Assembly (NCBI GenBank): GCA_963713825.1
Contig: CAVQNG010000025.1
Coordinates: 672,001-736,000 of the forward strand
Length of the DNA: 64,000 bases
Reading direction: 5' to 3'
Source of the DNA: an uncultured Acidobacteriota bacterium
GTDB taxonomy: Bacteria; Acidobacteriota; Thermoanaerobaculia; Multivoradales; JAHEKO01
The position numbers were made by a program, and so were the translations under genes. The notes under the pieces are model-generated. The model did no database searches and was not told where the DNA came from. It was given only the letters and a program-made list of their open reading frames with translations. Shown here piece after piece: positions 8,615 through 18,502 of this stretch. Each line of letters opens with the position of its first letter. Position 1 is the stretch's first letter.

Positions 8615-10477
8615 ATGCGGAGCCTTTACGGAATGCATAGGTTTTTGTGCAGTCTCGCTTTTGTCGTCCTCGTGCCGATCGGCCTGAGGGCCGACGAGGG
8701 ACTGTTTCCCTTGGAGGAAGTGCGGCCCGGCCTGACCGGCTATGGCCTGTCCGTTTTCGAAGGCGGCATCCCCGAACGATTCGAGGTCGAAGTGCTGGGG
8801 GTATGGCGCAACACACAGCCGTCCACGAGTTTCATCCTGGCTCGATTGGAGGGCCGGGGCCTCGAGACGAGCGGTGTGATTGCTGGCATGAGCGGCAGCC
8901 CGGTCTATGTCGACGATCGCTTGTTGGGAGCAGTCTCTTTTTCGTGGTTGTTCGCCAATGAGGCGGTGGCGGGGATCACCCCCATCGAACAGATGCGGCG
9001 TCTGAGCTCCGTGGCCCCTTCCACGACCTCCGCAGCAGCTGGCAGCAGGTCGCGAGACCTCCGAGCTCTGGTCACCGGCTCTCTGACATGGCAAGACGTT
9101 CTCGCTCCCCTCACAGGTCTCCAGCGCACAGGTCTCGAATCTGCGGTCAGCGGTGTCCAATGGAGCACGGTCGGCTTCGGGAGCGCGACGCTCGGGCCTC
9201 TGGCCGAAGCTCTCGGCAGCCTCGCTCCCGCTGGCCAATCGTCGGACGCCGAAGGCTTGGATCTGGTCGCGGGATCCTCGGTTTCCGGGGTGCTGGTCGA
9301 CGGTGACCTGCGGCTCGCAGCGACCGGTACCGTCACCGAACGCCGCGGCGACGAGATCCTCGCCTTCGGTCATCCGTTCCTGGGTGTCGGGCCTCTCAGC
9401 GTGCCTATGGCCACGAGCGAAGTCATTACAGTCCTATCGAATCAGATGAACTCGTTCAAGATCGCCAACCTCGGAGCCGTCGTCGGCGCCTTCGACATGG
9501 ATCGGGCAGCGGGATTGCGTGGTCATGTCGGAGCGGTGGCCCCGATGGTGCCCGTCGATGTGCGAGTCGTTGGCCTCGAAGACCGACGGTTCGAGCTGCG
9601 AGTCGCCGACCTGCCGCTTCTGAGCCCAACCCTTGTCGCCATCGCTACCCTCGGCTCTCTCGAGGCCGCGTCGCGGGGTGCTGGCAGTCAGGGACTGGAC
9701 CTCGACGCACGCTTCGACCTGGCAGAGTGGGGCGAAGTCGAGATACGCCAGAGCTTCGATGGCGAGCTGGCATCGCAGGAGTCGGCCTTCTACCTCTTTG
9801 CCTTCACAGACTTCTTTCTCAATAACAGTTTCGAGGCCGTGACCCTGGAGTCGATCGAGATCGAGATCAGGCAGCAGCCTGAGCCCAGGATTGCGCGGTT
9901 GGTAGGGGCCCACGTCAACCAGACCCTCGTTCGTCCGGGCGACGAGATCGAGTTGGTGGTCGACTTGCAGGCGTATCGGGGCGATGCCTTCCGCGCCACG
10001 TTGACGCTCGATGTGCCCACCGGTCTTCCCGAAGGGCGGTACTCGCTGTTGGTCGGCGATGGGGTCAGTGTCGACATGGCGCGACTGGAGGTGGAGAAGA
10101 CGGCGCCTCAGACATTCCCTCAGGCTCTCAGATTTCTGCGCTCGTTTCATTCGAGCCGCGACCTGGTCGCCCTTGGGGTCTTTCGCGGCGCCGGCCTGTC
10201 GGTAGGGGGCGAAGTCCTGCCGCAGCTGCCGGCCTCCATTCGGTCGTTGTGGAGTGCCGCGCCTTCGACCAGCGCCAGGCCTCTGGAGCTGGCTGTGGCG
10301 CAGGAAAGCGTGATCAGCCTGGACCAGCCTCTCGAGGGCATTGTTCGGGTCGATCTTCAGGTGCAGCGCGAAGGTCCGCTCAAGGAAGAGCCGGCGACCG
10401 GAGAGCCTCCTGCGACAGGCGGCGATCACCAGCGCCCCACTTCAACGACTACAGGTACCGAGGGCGGTGACTCCTAG
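8615..10477 (+). CDS. Secreted SpoIVB-like peptidase S55 domain protein
   Basis: Signal-like N-terminus, GVIAGMSGSPVY catalytic-Ser motif, AFGHPF. Confidence 0.85.
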   Translation: MRSLYGMHRFLCSLAFVVLVPIGLRADEGLFPLEEVRPGLTGYGLSVFEGGIPERFEVEVLGVWRNTQPSTSFILARLEGRGLETSGVIAGMSGSPVYVDDRLLGAVSFSWLFANEAVAGITPIEQMRRLSSVAPSTTSAAAGSRSRDLRALVTGSLTWQDVLAPLTGLQRTGLESAVSGVQWSTVGFGSATLGPLAEALGSLAPAGQSSDAEGLDLVAGSSVSGVLVDGDLRLAATGTVTERRGDEILAFGHPFLGVGPLSVPMATSEVITVLSNQMNSFKIANLGAVVGAFDMDRAAGLRGHVGAVAPMVPVDVRVVGLEDRRFELRVADLPLLSPTLVAIATLGSLEAASRGAGSQGLDLDARFDLAEWGEVEIRQSFDGELASQESAFYLFAFTDFFLNNSFEAVTLESIEIEIRQQPEPRIARLVGAHVNQTLVRPGDEIELVVDLQAYRGDAFRATLTLDVPTGLPEGRYSLLVGDGVSVDMARLEVEKTAPQTFPQALRFLRSFHSSRDLVALGVFRGAGLSVGGEVLPQLPASIRSLWSAAPSTSARPLELAVAQESVISLDQPLEGIVRVDLQVQREGPLKEEPATGEPPATGGDHQRPTSTTTGTEGGDS

Positions 10478-10504
10478 AGGGGTCCAAGTAGACGAGGAGC
10501 CGAT

Positions 10505-12754
10505 GTGACGAGACGATCGATGGCTGGGCAGCGCTGGAGAACTGAATTGCGAGGTTTGGGTAGGTTGGTTCTGGTTCTGGTTCTGGTTCTGGGTCTGATC
10601 GGCCTTTCTCAGCCGATCGAGTCCAGGGTGCAGATCTATTCGATGCAGAGCCGAGCGGCCTTCTTGGCCGGCACGCTGGATGGAATCGGCGTGGACTCGC
10701 TCGGAACGCTGCGCCTCGCGGATCGGGTGGAGCGCCTGACCGAGGTCAACGAACCGTTCCTCCTGTCGGCGGCCCCTCATCCCGATGGTTGGGTGGTCGG
10801 CACGGGCAACGGGGGGCGGATCCTGTTGATCGATCGCCTGGGTGGAGCGACGGTGCTTTTCGAGGCGCCGGAGCCGGAGATCTTTGCTGTTTGGGCGGCA
10901 GAGGATGGCGTCGTGTTCGCCGGCTCGTCACCGAACGGCAGGGTATACCGCATCCATGATGGTGAGACGACGGTCTTTTTCGATCCTGAGCAGACGTACA
11001 TCTGGGATCTCGAGCGTGCCCCTTCTGGAGGTCTCCTGGTGGCGACCGGGACGGACGGCAAGCTCTTCGAGGTCGTCGCCGAGGGACAGGCGGAGGTGCT
11101 GTTCGACAGTCAGGACACGCATTTGCGGGCTCTGAAGGCGCTGCCAAATGGACAGGTGCTCATGGGCACGGCCGGCGAAGGTCTGATTCTGAGACTCGAC
11201 CCGGATGGCAGCGTTCGCACTCTCTATGATGCGGCGCAGCCGGAGGTGGTGTCGTTCGCCGCGGATCCGGATGGCAGCTGCTACGCGGCGGTTCTGGCTT
11301 CGGAGGCGAGTCTGGTGAGCCTCGGTCAGACTGCGAAAGAGCCGTCCGACCAGGAGGAGACGGGCTCTGAGGATGGGGACGAGGGCGGTGAGGTGACGGT
11401 CGAGATCACGGTGTCGGCTCAGGGTAGTGGTGGGGAGTCCGACATGGTGGGGACCCGGCCGAGCGGCTTTCAGGGTCCCCGGTCGGAGATCCTGAAGATT
11501 TCTGCAGGCGGCCTGGTCGAGTCGCTAGTCAGCTTTGAGGAGGAGACGGTCTACAGCGTCGGCTGGCATCGTGGCCAACTCTGGGTGGGTACGGGCCTGG
11601 AGGGCAAGGTCTTCAGCATGAGAGACGGCAAGCCGGTGCTGGAGAAAGACGTCGATGAACGTCAGGTCGTGGTGCTCCTGGACGACGATCCTGGACCCGC
11701 CTTTGCGACCACGAATGCCGCGGCTCTCTACCGCATCTCGGGGCATACCGAGCGACGAGGGGTCTACACGAGCCCGACCCTGGATGCCCAGCAATTCTCT
11801 ACCTTCGGCAATCTTCGGTGGCAGGGCAAGAGCCCGCAGGGGAGTCGAGTGCGATTCTCGTTTCGCAGCGGCATGAGCTCGGACCCCGATCGAACCTGGT
11901 CCTCCTGGAGCGAGTGGCAAAGCGGAGCGGAGGTTCCCCTGACACAGTTGCCCGCCGGTCGGTACTTTCAATGGCGGGCGGAGTTGGAGGCCGACGGTGG
12001 CGACTCCCCGATTCTCAGTGAGATTCTGATCTCGTACAAACAGGCCAATCTGCCGCCGAGAATCGAGAGCTTAGCGGTGATGGAGCCGGGGCAGGTGCTG
12101 GTGCCGGCGAATTTCAATCCGACGCAACAGATCTACGAGCCGGTACATCCAGATCGCCAGGGGATCTTCACAGTCCTGGAAGTGGAAGCACCCCAGGAGA
12201 ATCGGCGCATGAAGACTCTCTGGAAGAAGGGCTTCCGAACGCTGCGATGGAAGTCGGAGGATCCCAACGAGGATACTCTGTTCGCCGATCTGGAGTTTCG
12301 ACGGGCCGATGGCAATGGGGATTGGTTGCCGATGGCCCGAGACCTGAAGGACTCTCACCACAGCTTCGACGCGACGGCGTTGCCGGATGGCCGATACCGC
12401 TTCAGACTGATCGTGAGAGATCGAGTCCGCTCCGAAGAGCCGGAAGCGCAGCAATCCGAGGAGATCAGCGAGCCTGTCCTCGTGGACCACAGCACCCCAA
12501 AGCTGATCAGTGTCGATCGCCAGTCCGGCAGCCTGGAAGTGGCGGTCGAAGACCACCTGAGCCCCCTGCGTCGTGCCGAGTTCAGTATCGATGCTGGAGA
12601 ATGGCTGCCAGCCAGGCCGGTTGATGGACTTCTGGACGGACAGCGTGAGAGACTGCTGGTGGATCTTCCGGAATCTGGGAAGCTTGTCTTGCTGCGGCTC
12701 ATGGATGCTGCATTCAACGTCGTGACTTTCGATCTATCGCAGGGTGGGCAATGA
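10505..12754 (+). CDS. Secreted beta-propeller protein with C-terminal beta-sandwich region, function unknown
   Basis: Hydrophobic N-terminus, repeated GT/GS-x-x-G-x-hydrophobic blade-like units, acidic insert, C-terminal LPDGRYRFRL. Confidence 0.7.
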   Translation: MTRRSMAGQRWRTELRGLGRLVLVLVLVLGLIGLSQPIESRVQIYSMQSRAAFLAGTLDGIGVDSLGTLRLADRVERLTEVNEPFLLSAAPHPDGWVVGTGNGGRILLIDRLGGATVLFEAPEPEIFAVWAAEDGVVFAGSSPNGRVYRIHDGETTVFFDPEQTYIWDLERAPSGGLLVATGTDGKLFEVVAEGQAEVLFDSQDTHLRALKALPNGQVLMGTAGEGLILRLDPDGSVRTLYDAAQPEVVSFAADPDGSCYAAVLASEASLVSLGQTAKEPSDQEETGSEDGDEGGEVTVEITVSAQGSGGESDMVGTRPSGFQGPRSEILKISAGGLVESLVSFEEETVYSVGWHRGQLWVGTGLEGKVFSMRDGKPVLEKDVDERQVVVLLDDDPGPAFATTNAAALYRISGHTERRGVYTSPTLDAQQFSTFGNLRWQGKSPQGSRVRFSFRSGMSSDPDRTWSSWSEWQSGAEVPLTQLPAGRYFQWRAELEADGGDSPILSEILISYKQANLPPRIESLAVMEPGQVLVPANFNPTQQIYEPVHPDRQGIFTVLEVEAPQENRRMKTLWKKGFRTLRWKSEDPNEDTLFADLEFRRADGNGDWLPMARDLKDSHHSFDATALPDGRYRFRLIVRDRVRSEEPEAQQSEEISEPVLVDHSTPKLISVDRQSGSLEVAVEDHLSPLRRAEFSIDAGEWLPARPVDGLLDGQRERLLVDLPESGKLVLLRLMDAAFNVVTFDLSQGGQ
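10566..10595 (+). repeat. In-frame hexamer tandem repeat (TGGTTC)x4 plus TGGGTC
   Basis: Directly visible; encodes LVLVLVLVLG in the signal region. Confidence 0.85.
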
Positions 12755-13245
12755 GTAGAAAGCGAATCGCCGTCTATCCGGGCTCCTTCGACCCGATTCA
12801 CAACGGCCATCTGGACATCATCGGTCGGTGCCGTTCGGTCTTCGACGAAGTGGTGGTAGCCGTCCTCGGCAACGAAGAAAAGAAGCCTGTCTTCTCTGTC
12901 AAGGAGCGCATGGACATGATCACTCATGAGCTCCGGGAGTGCGAAGACTGCAGGGTCGAGAGCTTTTCCGGCCTGCTGGCCGATTTCATGGACCAGGCGG
13001 GCGCCCGCACGATCATTCGTGGGCTGCGCGCCGTATCGGACTTCGAGTACGAGTTTCAGATGGCTTTGATGAACCGACGGCTGAATCCGCGGATCGAAAC
13101 GGTCTTCATGGTACCCAAGGAGGAGTACATCTACCTGTCGAGCCGTCTGGTCAAGGAGGTTTTCTTCCTGGGTGGTGACCTCACTGGATTGGTGCCTGAG
13201 AATGTCCTGCGTGAGCTCGGTGACAGGGCCGCGGAGCGGGGCTGA
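12751..13245 (+). CDS. coaD: Pantetheine-phosphate adenylyltransferase
   Basis: YPGSFDPIHNGH, IRGLRAVSDFEYEFQMA, SSRLVKE. Confidence 0.97.
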   Translation: MSRKRIAVYPGSFDPIHNGHLDIIGRCRSVFDEVVVAVLGNEEKKPVFSVKERMDMITHELRECEDCRVESFSGLLADFMDQAGARTIIRGLRAVSDFEYEFQMALMNRRLNPRIETVFMVPKEEYIYLSSRLVKEVFFLGGDLTGLVPENVLRELGDRAAERG

Positions 13246-13256
13246 GAGGGCGTCTG

Positions 13257-14342
13257 TTGACTCTGGATCCAGCACTGGGTGCCTTCATCCAGCAGATGCC
13301 GAAGGTAGAGCTCCACGTCCATCTGGAAGGCGCCATCCGTCCCCACACGCTCCTCCAATTAGCGCAGCGCCATCGAGTTTCGCTGCCCGCCGACACCGTC
13401 GAAGGGCTGCGCGAGTGGTTCCGATTTCGGAATTTCGAGCATTTCGTCGAGATCTATCTGGCCTGTAGCCAGAGCCTGCTCGAGCCCGAGGACTTTCAGC
13501 TCGTGGCGAGGGAGTTTCTGGCAGAACAAGCGGCCCAGAACATCCGCTACAGCGAGGTTCACTTCACCATAGCCACCCACCTCCGCAATGGCGCCAATGG
13601 GGCCGAGGTCGCCGCGGCGTTGAGCGAGACCCTGGAAGAAGGGGAGACGCGCTGGGACGTCAAGGCTCGGTGGATTCCGGACATCGTGCGGGATGTTTCA
13701 CGGGAGTGGGCGGACCGAACGCTAGAGTGGGCCTTGGATGGGCGGGGTCAGGGCGTGGTGGCTCTTGGGCTTTCGGGCTTCGAAGCCTCTCCTGACGAGC
13801 CGTTTCGCGAGCACTTTCGCGTTGCCGGCGAGGAAGGCCTTCACCGGGTCGCCCATGCCGGTGAGCATGAAGGTCCCGACTCGATACGCTCGGCACTGGA
13901 GGTCTGCGCGCCCGAGAGAATCGGACATGGGATCCGTGCGGTAGATGATGCCGAGCTCTTGCGGGAGCTTGCGGAACGCCGGATTCCCCTCGAGATCTGC
14001 CCGACCTCCAACGTGAAGCTGGGAGCGGTTGCAGAGCTGAAGAGCCATCCTATCGAGACGATCCGGCGCGCCGGTGTCCCGGTCACCGTCAATTCTGACG
14101 ACCCTCCCCTGTTCGAGACGACGCTGACCCAGGAGTTTCAAGAGCTGTCGGCGACCTTCGGTTATCGGGCGGAGGATGCAGCTGCGCTGAGCTGGGCTGC
14201 CCTCCAGCAGGCGTTCCTCTCCGAGGAGGAGCGAGGTCAGCTGGAGACCGACTTCCGCCGCCAGTTCAGAGAGCTTGGTGCCCGCCATCTGGGCGACGAG
14301 GCGATTCTCGAGCGTGGGCTCGCCGCCGCCTGGAACCAATAG
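13257..14342 (+). CDS. add: Adenosine/adenine deaminase
   Basis: PKVELHVHLEG, AHAGE, RIGHG, CPTSN, NSDDP. Confidence 0.92.
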   Translation: MTLDPALGAFIQQMPKVELHVHLEGAIRPHTLLQLAQRHRVSLPADTVEGLREWFRFRNFEHFVEIYLACSQSLLEPEDFQLVAREFLAEQAAQNIRYSEVHFTIATHLRNGANGAEVAAALSETLEEGETRWDVKARWIPDIVRDVSREWADRTLEWALDGRGQGVVALGLSGFEASPDEPFREHFRVAGEEGLHRVAHAGEHEGPDSIRSALEVCAPERIGHGIRAVDDAELLRELAERRIPLEICPTSNVKLGAVAELKSHPIETIRRAGVPVTVNSDDPPLFETTLTQEFQELSATFGYRAEDAAALSWAALQQAFLSEEERGQLETDFRRQFRELGARHLGDEAILERGLAAAWNQ

Positions 14343-14360
14343 TCTGACAAGGAGATTCGA

Positions 14361-14600
14361 ATGTCCGAACCGAAGGTGGCTGCAAAGAGTCCCGCGGTCG
14401 TGGAGCTGGAGCCCGGGACCTATTATTGGTGCCGATGTGGACGCGCAGAGAAACAGCCGTTTTGTGACGGCTCTCACGCTGGCACCGAGTTCAGTTCGCT
14501 GAAATTCGAGCTGGGTGAGAAAAAACGGGTGGCCCTGTGCCAGTGCAAGCACACGGCCAACCCGCCGTATTGTGACGGCGCCCACGCCCGGTTGGACTAG
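14361..14600 (+). CDS. Tandem CDGSH iron-sulfur protein
   Basis: WCRCG...PFCDGSH and LCQCK...PYCDGAH. Confidence 0.93.
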   Translation: MSEPKVAAKSPAVVELEPGTYYWCRCGRAEKQPFCDGSHAGTEFSSLKFELGEKKRVALCQCKHTANPPYCDGAHARLD

Positions 14601-14617
14601 GCGACGGGAACCTGATC

Positions 14618-16345
14618 TCAGTCGAGCTCTGCGAGGGCTTCCTTGCGGGCCGCCTCGAACTCGTCTCCGGGCTTCCAGCTCGGCAGCTCATCGGTCTGAG
14701 CGATGGACAGACCGGCCTCGAAGGCCAGCACCGAGTCTTCGATGATGCCCTCGAAGTTCCAATCGTCTGTCATCTCGTCGCTCGGCTGGTGGTAGTGGGC
14801 AGCCCCCCATGCCTCGGTCTGCTCCTGGCCCCATCCCTCGGGTCGATCAATGTAGGTCTTGCCGCTACTGGCATAGATCGCCGGCACGCCAATCTTCGAG
14901 AAGTTGAATTGGTCGGAGCGGTAGAAGGACCCGTGGTCTGGCGACTGGTCGCCCTCCACGGTTCGTTCTTGGCGGGCGGCCGCAGCCACGACAACATCGT
15001 CGAGCGACGATTTTCCAAAACCGATATAGGCGACGTCGCTGGTCCGGCCGAAGATATTGGTGCTGTCGATGTTGATGTTGGCGGCGATCCTGCCGGGGTG
15101 AAAAGTGGGGTTCTTGGCGTAGTACTCGGACCCCAGGAGTCCCTGCTCCTCACCGGCGACGAACAGGAAGAGAACCGAACGTCGCGGCGGCTCGGCGAGG
15201 CGAGTGAACGCGTCCGCGATTGTCAGTGTCTGAGCGCATCCCCCGGCGTTGTCCAAGGCACCGTTGTAGATGTTGTCGCCTTCTTCGTTCGGCTCGCCAA
15301 TTCCGAAGTGGTCGTGATGCGCCGTGTAGACGACGACCTCGTTCTTCAGGACCGGATCGCTGCCTTCCAACAGGCCAGCGACGTTCCCAGTCTCCACTTT
15401 CTCGACGGTGTTCTCGAGCACTAGGGAAGTGGTGATTCCCAGTGGAACCGGCGCGAAGTCACGGCTTCTGGCCGCTTCACGAAGAGCGTCGAGCTCGTGT
15501 CCGGAGAAAGCCACGAGCTCGCGAGCGGCTTCTTCGGTGATCCAGGCTGAGACTTGCGAGCGTGGTTCATCACCGGCCGGCAGCTCGAACTGTGCACCGG
15601 TCCAGGAGCTCTGCACAACCTGCCAGCCATAGCCGGCGGAAGGTGTCGTATGAATGATGATGGCTCCTGCGGCGCCATGCTGGGCAGCGAGCTCGTATTT
15701 GTAGGTCCAGCGTCCGTAGTAGAGCCGCCGGTTGCCTTCGAAGAGCTCGGGATCCCAGTCGGGATCGTTGTTCATCACCAGCAGGACCTTGCCCTTCAGG
15801 TCGGCTCCCTGGAAATCGTCCCAACCATATTCCGGGGCGTCGATGCCGTAGCCGATAAACACGACCTCGGCGTCGTCGATCTGGGACTTGTCGCTCTGCA
15901 CGCCGCTGCCGGCGATGAAGTCGTCCCAGTAGTCGAGACTCAGATTCCCATCTCGACCTTCGAAGGACCACTCTGCAGGTGCCTTCGAAGTGATGCTCAT
16001 GATCTCGAACCGTTGCTGCCATTCACCGTCCTGGGCACCCGGTTGCAGGCCCAGGCCAGCCATCGTGTCCTGCAGATACTGACGGGCCTTCTCGTCGCCG
16101 GGACTGGCGGGTGCTCTGCCCTCGAACTCGTCACTCGACAGAGTGGCGATATGGGCCTTCAGAGCCTCTTCAGTGATGGCCTCGGCTGCAGTCTCGACTC
16201 CGGCCGGAAGATCTAGTGAGACGGTCGCCTCGACCTCTTCAGCGGTCGGTGAGGGCTGCTGGCAGGCCAAGAAGGGCAGGGCCACACTCGCCATGAGGGC
16301 CACAATGAGCCACTTCGTGATGTCCTTCGAGAATTCGCTGTTCAT
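14618..16345 (-). CDS. M28 family metallopeptidase with PA domain, probable lipoprotein (start moved to ATG 16345)
   Basis: FLAC lipobox-like, AHHDH, GALDNAGG, GEEQGLLGS, RSDQ, YHQPSD; GGAGGG RBS before 16345. Confidence 0.9.
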   Translation of the reverse strand: MNSEFSKDITKWLIVALMASVALPFLACQQPSPTAEEVEATVSLDLPAGVETAAEAITEEALKAHIATLSSDEFEGRAPASPGDEKARQYLQDTMAGLGLQPGAQDGEWQQRFEIMSITSKAPAEWSFEGRDGNLSLDYWDDFIAGSGVQSDKSQIDDAEVVFIGYGIDAPEYGWDDFQGADLKGKVLLVMNNDPDWDPELFEGNRRLYYGRWTYKYELAAQHGAAGAIIIHTTPSAGYGWQVVQSSWTGAQFELPAGDEPRSQVSAWITEEAARELVAFSGHELDALREAARSRDFAPVPLGITTSLVLENTVEKVETGNVAGLLEGSDPVLKNEVVVYTAHHDHFGIGEPNEEGDNIYNGALDNAGGCAQTLTIADAFTRLAEPPRRSVLFLFVAGEEQGLLGSEYYAKNPTFHPGRIAANINIDSTNIFGRTSDVAYIGFGKSSLDDVVVAAAARQERTVEGDQSPDHGSFYRSDQFNFSKIGVPAIYASSGKTYIDRPEGWGQEQTEAWGAAHYHQPSDEMTDDWNFEGIIEDSVLAFEAGLSIAQTDELPSWKPGDEFEAARKEALAELD

Positions 16346-16544
16346 GGATCCCCTCCAAGGGAAGATAGGTGAAGTACAGAACTCTAACAGAGGAGGGGCC
16401 TTTCGGAGGACGGTTCCGGCGCCCGGATTTGCCCGCCGGCGGCAGGCCAGGTGAGGGGCGGCTTGCGGCCCGGAGTCCAGCGCGTTATGGTTTTCAGTAT
16501 GGCGCAACAGGTTCGGGAGGCGGAGTCATGAAAGCGGGACTGAA

Positions 16545-17390
16545 TTGACGGCTCAGGGAACCACAGTCCGGACAGTCGTCAGGGATTGCCTGTATCTCAA
16601 TTGGGCGTTTCCGGAGAGGGCCCTGCCAACTCTTCCCGAGCCGCTGAGATACGAAGTGCACGTGGATGCCGAGGACCGTCTGGTCTTTGGTTCTGCGCTT
16701 CTCTTCCGCCACGAGCATCTTCACGTGGCCGGTTTGCCCTTCCTGCGACTTTCCTACCCGCAGCTCAACTTCCGCTTCTACGTCACGGACCACGAAGACG
16801 TGCCGTCGATCTTTCTGCATCGCCTGCTGGTTCCCCACTGGGTCGTCCCCGGCTCACGATGGCTGGCAGGCCAACCGGCAGTAGGAGGGAGATTCAGTTT
16901 CCCGGCCCCCGCCGGGGAAACCGATGCCGGTACCTGGCAATGGGAAGTGCATCGGGAGGAGAGTCTCCGGCTCACGGCCCGCCAGGGCGCTCCGCACGTC
17001 GGCGCCGGCCCTTCGCTGGGCACCTGGGAGCGGATGACTTCCTACTTCCGCCAACGGCGACGAGCCTATCTCGTGGCGGGTGGTGGTTTACGGTCCGTCG
17101 AGACCAGCCAACGCTCGGTCCCGATCTGGCCTCTGAACGTCGAGATGCAGGATCGACAGCTGCTCGATCTCTGCGTGCCGCTTCCCGAGGGCACCATCTG
17201 GCCCGAGCTGCACTCGGCCTGGTTGTGCCCCGAGATACCCTTCGTATTCGAGTTGGACACAGCCGCGGCGCGAGAGGCCTTGCGGCGGGCGGCGACGACG
17301 GTGGCGACCGATCCGGCGATGCTGGAAGCGGCCAATCATCACTCGCGGCGGTGTGCGACTCGGCCCTCGCGCGGCGCGATGCTGTGCTAG
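16545..17390 (+). CDS. DUF2071/YqjF-like protein
   Basis: LYLNW...LP.PL and YPQLNFRFYV resemble the DUF2071 ExNxRxYV motif. Confidence 0.6.
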   Translation: MTAQGTTVRTVVRDCLYLNWAFPERALPTLPEPLRYEVHVDAEDRLVFGSALLFRHEHLHVAGLPFLRLSYPQLNFRFYVTDHEDVPSIFLHRLLVPHWVVPGSRWLAGQPAVGGRFSFPAPAGETDAGTWQWEVHREESLRLTARQGAPHVGAGPSLGTWERMTSYFRQRRRAYLVAGGGLRSVETSQRSVPIWPLNVEMQDRQLLDLCVPLPEGTIWPELHSAWLCPEIPFVFELDTAAAREALRRAATTVATDPAMLEAANHHSRRCATRPSRGAMLC

Positions 17391-17400
17391 CATCCTGGCG

Positions 17401-18486
17401 GTGAATTCGACCCCAAAAGCAGGACGCAGAGAGCAGAAGATAGCCGTAATCCCGGGTGATGGCATTGGCCCGGAAGTGACGGCCGAGGCAATGAAGGTGC
17501 TGTCTGCCGTGCAGCAGAAATGGAGCCTGGATCTGACCCCGATCCAGTTTCCGTGGAGCGCGGATCACTACCTACAGACCGGCGAGACGCTACCTGTCGG
17601 CGCTTTGGACGATCTGCGTGACAATTTCGATGCGATCTACATCGGGGCCTTTGGCGATCCCAGGGTGCCCGACATGAAGCATGCTGCAGACGTGCTGCTG
17701 GGCATCCGATTCGGCCTCGATCTCTACATCAACTTCCGCCCCATCAAGCTCTATGCGGAGCACCTCAGCCCACTAAGAGGCAAGGGTGTTGCCGAGGTGG
17801 ATTTCGTGGTCTTCCGGGAGAACACGGAAGGCGCCTATGTCGGAGTCGGAGGCATCTTCAAGCAGGATACAGCCGATGAAGTGGCGGTGCAGGAGGAAAT
17901 CCACACTCGCAAAGGGGTCGAGCGAATCTTGCGGGCGGCTTTCGAGTACGCCAAGGAGCGCAGCCTGGGCAAGGTCTGCATGGCCGACAAATCGAACGTC
18001 ATGCGGTTCGGTCACGACCTCTGGCAGCGCGCTTTCTCGGCGGTCTCATCCGACTATCCTGAAATCGAGGCGTCTCATCTATTCGTCGATGCGTTGGCCA
18101 TGCAGTTGGTTCGCAAGCCCGAGCAATTCGAGGTCATCGTCACCAACAATATGTTCGGCGACATTCTCACCGACCTTGGAGCCGCCCTGCAGGGTGGGCT
18201 CGGGATGGCCGCCTCGGCCAATCTCCATCCTGGGCGAACGTCGATGTTCGAACCGGTTCATGGTTCGGCGCCCAAGTACGCTGGCCAGGGAACGGCAAAT
18301 CCGATGGCCGCAGTCTTGACTCTGGCCCTACTGTTGGACGATCTGGGACATCCGGAAGCGGCGGCAGCGGTCGAAGCGGCTGTCGGGCAGGCTCTCGAGG
18401 AGGCAGTCACTACCGCCGATCTGGGCGGTCGAAGCACAACGTCGGCAGTCGGTGATTTCCTGGCCAGAGCCACAGGCGGTCGCTGA
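17401..18486 (+). CDS. leuB: 3-isopropylmalate / beta-decarboxylating dehydrogenase family
   Basis: [40 protein letters not shown]; substrate not provable and no leuCD in the window. Confidence 0.75.
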   Translation: MNSTPKAGRREQKIAVIPGDGIGPEVTAEAMKVLSAVQQKWSLDLTPIQFPWSADHYLQTGETLPVGALDDLRDNFDAIYIGAFGDPRVPDMKHAADVLLGIRFGLDLYINFRPIKLYAEHLSPLRGKGVAEVDFVVFRENTEGAYVGVGGIFKQDTADEVAVQEEIHTRKGVERILRAAFEYAKERSLGKVCMADKSNVMRFGHDLWQRAFSAVSSDYPEIEASHLFVDALAMQLVRKPEQFEVIVTNNMFGDILTDLGAALQGGLGMAASANLHPGRTSMFEPVHGSAPKYAGQGTANPMAAVLTLALLLDDLGHPEAAAAVEAAVGQALEEAVTTADLGGRSTTSAVGDFLARATGGR

Positions 18487-18502
18487 GCCCGCCTGAAATT
18501 CG

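Noticed and set aside
10566-10595. Hexamer repeat as a phase-variation switch
   Set aside because: The unit is a multiple of three, so slippage only changes hydrophobic signal length.
14608-14617. GAACCTGATC resembling a TPP riboswitch segment
   Set aside because: It lies in a 17-nt gap between convergent genes and the other TPP elements are missing.
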